From contig CAWFXG010000039.1 in the NCBI GenBank assembly GCA_963819745.1, forward strand, positions 10,920 through 74,919: 64,000 nucleotides of DNA. The letters are read 5' to 3'. Made by a program: the position numbers and the translations under genes. Each line of letters opens with the position of its first letter. Within the stretch, counting starts at the first letter, position 1. This document shows positions 60,740-64,000 of this stretch, piece after piece. Under the pieces are notes generated by a model that saw only the letters and a program-made list of their open reading frames with translations, did no database searches and had not been told where the DNA came from. This stretch comes from an uncultured Acidobacteriota bacterium. Lineage in GTDB: Bacteria; Acidobacteriota; Terriglobia; Acidiferrales; UBA7541.

Positions 60740-61594
60740 TTAAGGAGTTACGCCGGTAGCATCGGTGGCGTTCAGGTTGGTCAATTCGAGTCGAGTAGCG
60801 TGGCCGGGCTGAATCTCAAAGGGCACGTCCCATCGTAACCGGATATCACCCGCGCCAGCCTCCAGATTCAGGGTTGTGAGCCAGTACACTCCCGCCGGGA
60901 GGTTGGCCACGGCTGCATGCCCGTCCAGGTCGGTGTCCGCTTTCGCCGCCAGAAAGCGCGTCTGGGCGAGTTCCGGGGCGCGACGCAAGACACGTCTCTT
61001 GTGATCGGCCTGCAGTTGAGCCCATTTGGCCTGCGGATTAACTCCCGTGAGTTCGAGTTCCATCCCGCTCTCGGTCTCTGGATGGGCCTGGATGAACTTC
61101 TTCAGCGCCAACAGATATTCCTGGTATTGCTTGTGGTAGCGGTCCGGATTTTCAGTCTTGTCCGCTTCTCGATACTTTGGTTTTGGAATGCCGTTGGTAA
61201 CACCGCCGCTGTTCGATCGCTGGTACGCCAGTAAAAATTCGGGAATGTGAATGACCTCGTCAGGGGTGACCAAGCGGTCGAGGTTGGGCGCGGTGAGGTC
61301 AAGAATTTCGTGGGCCTTTAGCCATTCCTTTAATTCCGGCGAGATCTTCAGGTCGTCGATGAATTTTTCCCGCGTCGGCAGCACGTCCTGAGCTTCCACG
61401 TCCTTGACGATGTCGGCGTAGCTCTTCTTCAGCAGATAAAAGGTGAATTCGCGAACGGGTTCGGGCCTCGCGGCAGTGGGAGTGATGCGAGCCTGGAACA
61501 AGAGCGATCCGGTTGAGTCTTGCGCCGCGACTGCCGGAATCAGGGAAAATGCAAAAAGAGAGCAGGCGAAAACGGCAAGCGAGAACTTCCTCAT
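60740..61594 (-). CDS. Secreted hypothetical protein
   Basis: Signal peptide MRKFSLAVFACSLFAFSLIPAVAA; C-terminal TDLDG.A....LPAG.YW (carboxypeptidase-regulatory-like beta sandwich). Confidence 0.65.
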   Translation of the reverse strand: MRKFSLAVFACSLFAFSLIPAVAAQDSTGSLLFQARITPTAARPEPVREFTFYLLKKSYADIVKDVEAQDVLPTREKFIDDLKISPELKEWLKAHEILDLTAPNLDRLVTPDEVIHIPEFLLAYQRSNSGGVTNGIPKPKYREADKTENPDRYHKQYQEYLLALKKFIQAHPETESGMELELTGVNPQAKWAQLQADHKRRVLRRAPELAQTRFLAAKADTDLDGHAAVANLPAGVYWLTTLNLEAGAGDIRLRWDVPFEIQPGHATRLELTNLNATDATGVTP

Positions 61595-61806
61595 GAGTTC
61601 ATCGTAGCAGATTGCCAAGACACGGGGTGGACGAGCCATGTCCACATGGTTCCAGATTCGATGGCACTGCTGGCGGGACACCTGACGCCGGGTTGGCGAT
61701 AGCCGACTCAGAAGCCAGGCAAGAGGCTTGGTTGCCCGCAAAAGAAAAAGACAAGCTCAGGGCAGATCAATCCGGTAGCAAAGATCGAAGATTCGAGCGC
61801 AGCCTG

Positions 61807-63021
61807 CTAGTACAGGCGGAAGGTAACTTCGATAGGGACGATGGTGGCGACGATTTTGCCGCTGGGACCGACGGCAGGTTTGAATTTCCAGCTTTTGACG
61901 GCTTCGATAGCTTTCTCTTCCAGACCGAGGCCGGGTCCTTTGACCACCGAGATGTTGACCGCCCGACCGTCCGTTGTGATGGTCACTTGAAGAACGACCG
62001 TACCCTGATACTTCGCTTTGCGAGCCTCGTCAGAATATTGCGGTGTGGGGCAATAGAGGCACACCGGAACCCCCACTCCGTTCACTCCAGCGCGAAACGC
62101 TCCGCCACCGGTTCCCCCGCCCTCACCGGGGCCCAATCCGCCGCCCGAGCCGCTGCCGATGCCGGTGCCATTCCCGTGACCCAGAGAATCGGACAGGGCC
62201 GAGGCCAGGGGATCCCCAAAATTCGACATGTTGGGGCTTGGCACCTTCAAGTCTGGCGGGCCGAGCAGCGCCGGATCCATGGCGAGCTTCGGATTCGGAT
62301 TTTGAATCACAACTTGCGGCGGAGTGAACTGCGTCCACTTGAACTTGGGCAGCTTGCCTTTGGTCGGAGGGGTCAGGGTGTGATCGTTCGCGCCCCCACC
62401 CCCACCGGCCTTCGTAGCACCCGCCGGCAATTTAGAGATGTACGGGGAGATATCCAGCGGGGTGACATCCAGATTCTTGTTCTTGGCCTCCGTCGGCGCG
62501 GAAAAATGCCAGAACAGAGGAACGATGAGCACCAGGGCAAATACCGCGGCGTGAATCCCGATCGCCGTCAACTGGGACCAGCCGAAGTTTTCATCCTTCG
62601 ACCAGATATCCTTCACTTTCACAGGTTTGCTGGTCACCTGCAGCGGCGGCAACTTGGTCGGTGAAAAAAATTCCTTGATGCGATACCCGAAGCCGCCAAA
62701 ATTGGCACCCCAGTTGACCGCCAATTTGCTGTTCAGAGGACCCTTGGGCACCGGGCGGGAGCTAAAAAACTCCTTGAAGTTGTCGCTAAGTCCGCCGCCG
62801 TATTCCTCGGGCATCAGGCGCGAGGAAGTCTTCCCGTCGACCTTGACGGGTTTTTCCGTCAGAAACTGCTTGAGGTTGGACCAGAAGCCGTCGGTCACGA
62901 CGTTCTGCGGGGTGCTGAATTTGGGCACTGCCGACGACGGCACAGCAGCAGTTTGCTGCGCGTCAGAGACCTTCGGCTTATTCATGTCGGGCGGCAGCAA
63001 ATTGATGATGTTACTTGGCAC
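61807..63021 (-). CDS. Energy transducer TonB family protein
   Basis: TM with His (IGIHAAVF), Gly-rich linker, P.YSDEARKAKYQGTV.L, GLGLEEKAIEAVK.WKFKPA. Confidence 0.9.
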   Translation of the reverse strand: MPSNIINLLPPDMNKPKVSDAQQTAAVPSSAVPKFSTPQNVVTDGFWSNLKQFLTEKPVKVDGKTSSRLMPEEYGGGLSDNFKEFFSSRPVPKGPLNSKLAVNWGANFGGFGYRIKEFFSPTKLPPLQVTSKPVKVKDIWSKDENFGWSQLTAIGIHAAVFALVLIVPLFWHFSAPTEAKNKNLDVTPLDISPYISKLPAGATKAGGGGGANDHTLTPPTKGKLPKFKWTQFTPPQVVIQNPNPKLAMDPALLGPPDLKVPSPNMSNFGDPLASALSDSLGHGNGTGIGSGSGGGLGPGEGGGTGGGAFRAGVNGVGVPVCLYCPTPQYSDEARKAKYQGTVVLQVTITTDGRAVNISVVKGPGLGLEEKAIEAVKSWKFKPAVGPSGKIVATIVPIEVTFRLY

Positions 63022-63227
63022 CGTTATCCCCTAGTAGGAGTCGACACACAGCGATCTTTTCCGGTTCCAAAAGGTTACGATTCGCGCGTCCGCGGATTGG
63101 TTGCACCCGGGTATCGGCTGACACCTTCTCTCCAATATTGTAACATACGGAATTACGCTGCTTTCCGATGTTTCCCGCCTCTACCCTTGGGAAATAACGG
63201 CACAGAAGGGATTCTTCCGACCGATCC

Positions 63228-64000
63228 ATGGCCGAGCCACTCGAACTGAAAAAGACGCTGAACCTGCCAAAAACCGATTTTCCAATGAAGGCTGGGCTAC
63301 CGCAAAACGAGCCGAAGCAGCTCGCTGCGTGGCAAGAAGAGCACTTATATGAGCGCATTTTGGAGGTTCGCAAAGGTAAGCCCCTGTTCGTGCTTCATGA
63401 CGGTCCGCCTTACCCCACGGGCGAAATTCACCTGGGGACGGGTTTGAACAAGATCCTGAAGGACTTAATCGTCAAGACCAAGAGCATGGCAGGGCATTAT
63501 GCGCCCTACGTACCGGGCTGGGATTGCCATGGCTTACCCATTGAGACGCAGGTGGAAAAGGAACTGGGGGGCAAAGGCAAGGTACCACCTGCGGATTTCC
63601 GGCGATTATGCCGCGAATTCGCGTCGCGTTACGTCGAATTCCATAAGCGCGATTTCAAGCGCCTGGGAATCTTTGGCCGCTGGAACGACCCTTATTTGAC
63701 CATGAGTTTCGAGTACGAGGCGATCATCGCTGGAGCCTTTCTGGACTTCATGGAAAAGGGATATGTCTATCGCGGCCGCAAACCCGTTTATTGGTGCATT
63801 TACGACTCGACGGCGCTTGCCGAAGCGGAAGTGGAATATGAAGACCACACCAGCGCTTCTATCTGGGTGAAATTTGCCGTCGTGGGTGGTGGCAAGGGAG
63901 ACGCTGCTAAATTAGGCAGCGACATCAGCGCGGTCATCTGGACCACGACGCCCTGGACCATCCCGCACAATCGCGCACTGGCCTTTCATCCCGACTTTGA
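63228..64000 (+). CDS. ileS: Isoleucine--tRNA ligase (5' part, runs off window; not in the supplied ORF track)
   Basis: Manual translation: TLNLPKTDFPMKAGL, LHDGPPY, HLGT, PGWDCHGLPIE, ALAEAEVEY, IWTTTPWTIP. Confidence 0.95.
   Translation, partial: MAEPLELKKTLNLPKTDFPMKAGLPQNEPKQLAAWQEEHLYERILEVRKGKPLFVLHDGPPYPTGEIHLGTGLNKILKDLIVKTKSMAGHYAPYVPGWDCHGLPIETQVEKELGGKGKVPPADFRRLCREFASRYVEFHKRDFKRLGIFGRWNDPYLTMSFEYEAIIAGAFLDFMEKGYVYRGRKPVYWCIYDSTALAEAEVEYEDHTSASIWVKFAVVGGGKGDAAKLGSDISAVIWTTTPWTIPHNRALAFHPDF

Noticed and set aside
63022-63227. T-box leader upstream of ileS
   Set aside because: No T-box consensus or terminator/antiterminator visible; the region is shared with the divergent tonB promoter.

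Overview
High-GC bacterial chromosomal segment, most likely Acidobacteriota (inferred from the PadR + ADOP-type duplicated ABC permease pair, the acidobacterial-style beta-barrel/OmpA proteins, TonB and hpn genes). It holds about 55 CDS and one tRNA-Gln(CTG). An accessory-looking stretch (2-19 kb) has an Ig/lectin lipoprotein with a beta-barrel, hydrolases, PadR-ADOP, a Ser/Thr kinase, HigBA and a C3H zinc-finger hypothetical. Then come signalling and transport genes, a hopanoid-modification cluster (hpnJ, two EamA/ArnEF-like, ArnT-like, two hpnI), polyamine and glucan-hydrolase genes, a REC-Grx-like-TrxR / cNMP-kinase / UBP-zinc-finger module, TerC, TonB and the 5' part of ileS. The main unexplained signal is a dispersed, co-oriented intergenic element (C-tract, T-tract, then 24-bp AAGTGCGGAWTATAAAGGASTT boxes at 40- or 50-bp spacing) at about 8.1, 11.9 and 36.2 kb. 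One copy lies between convergent genes behind an orphan near-consensus sigma70 promoter, and a degenerate box lies in the leader of the C3H gene. G/C strand asymmetry also looks strong but patchy. Three single-base frameshifts look like read errors, and one GNAT gene has an internal deletion. All calls come from reading motifs by eye; no searches were run.
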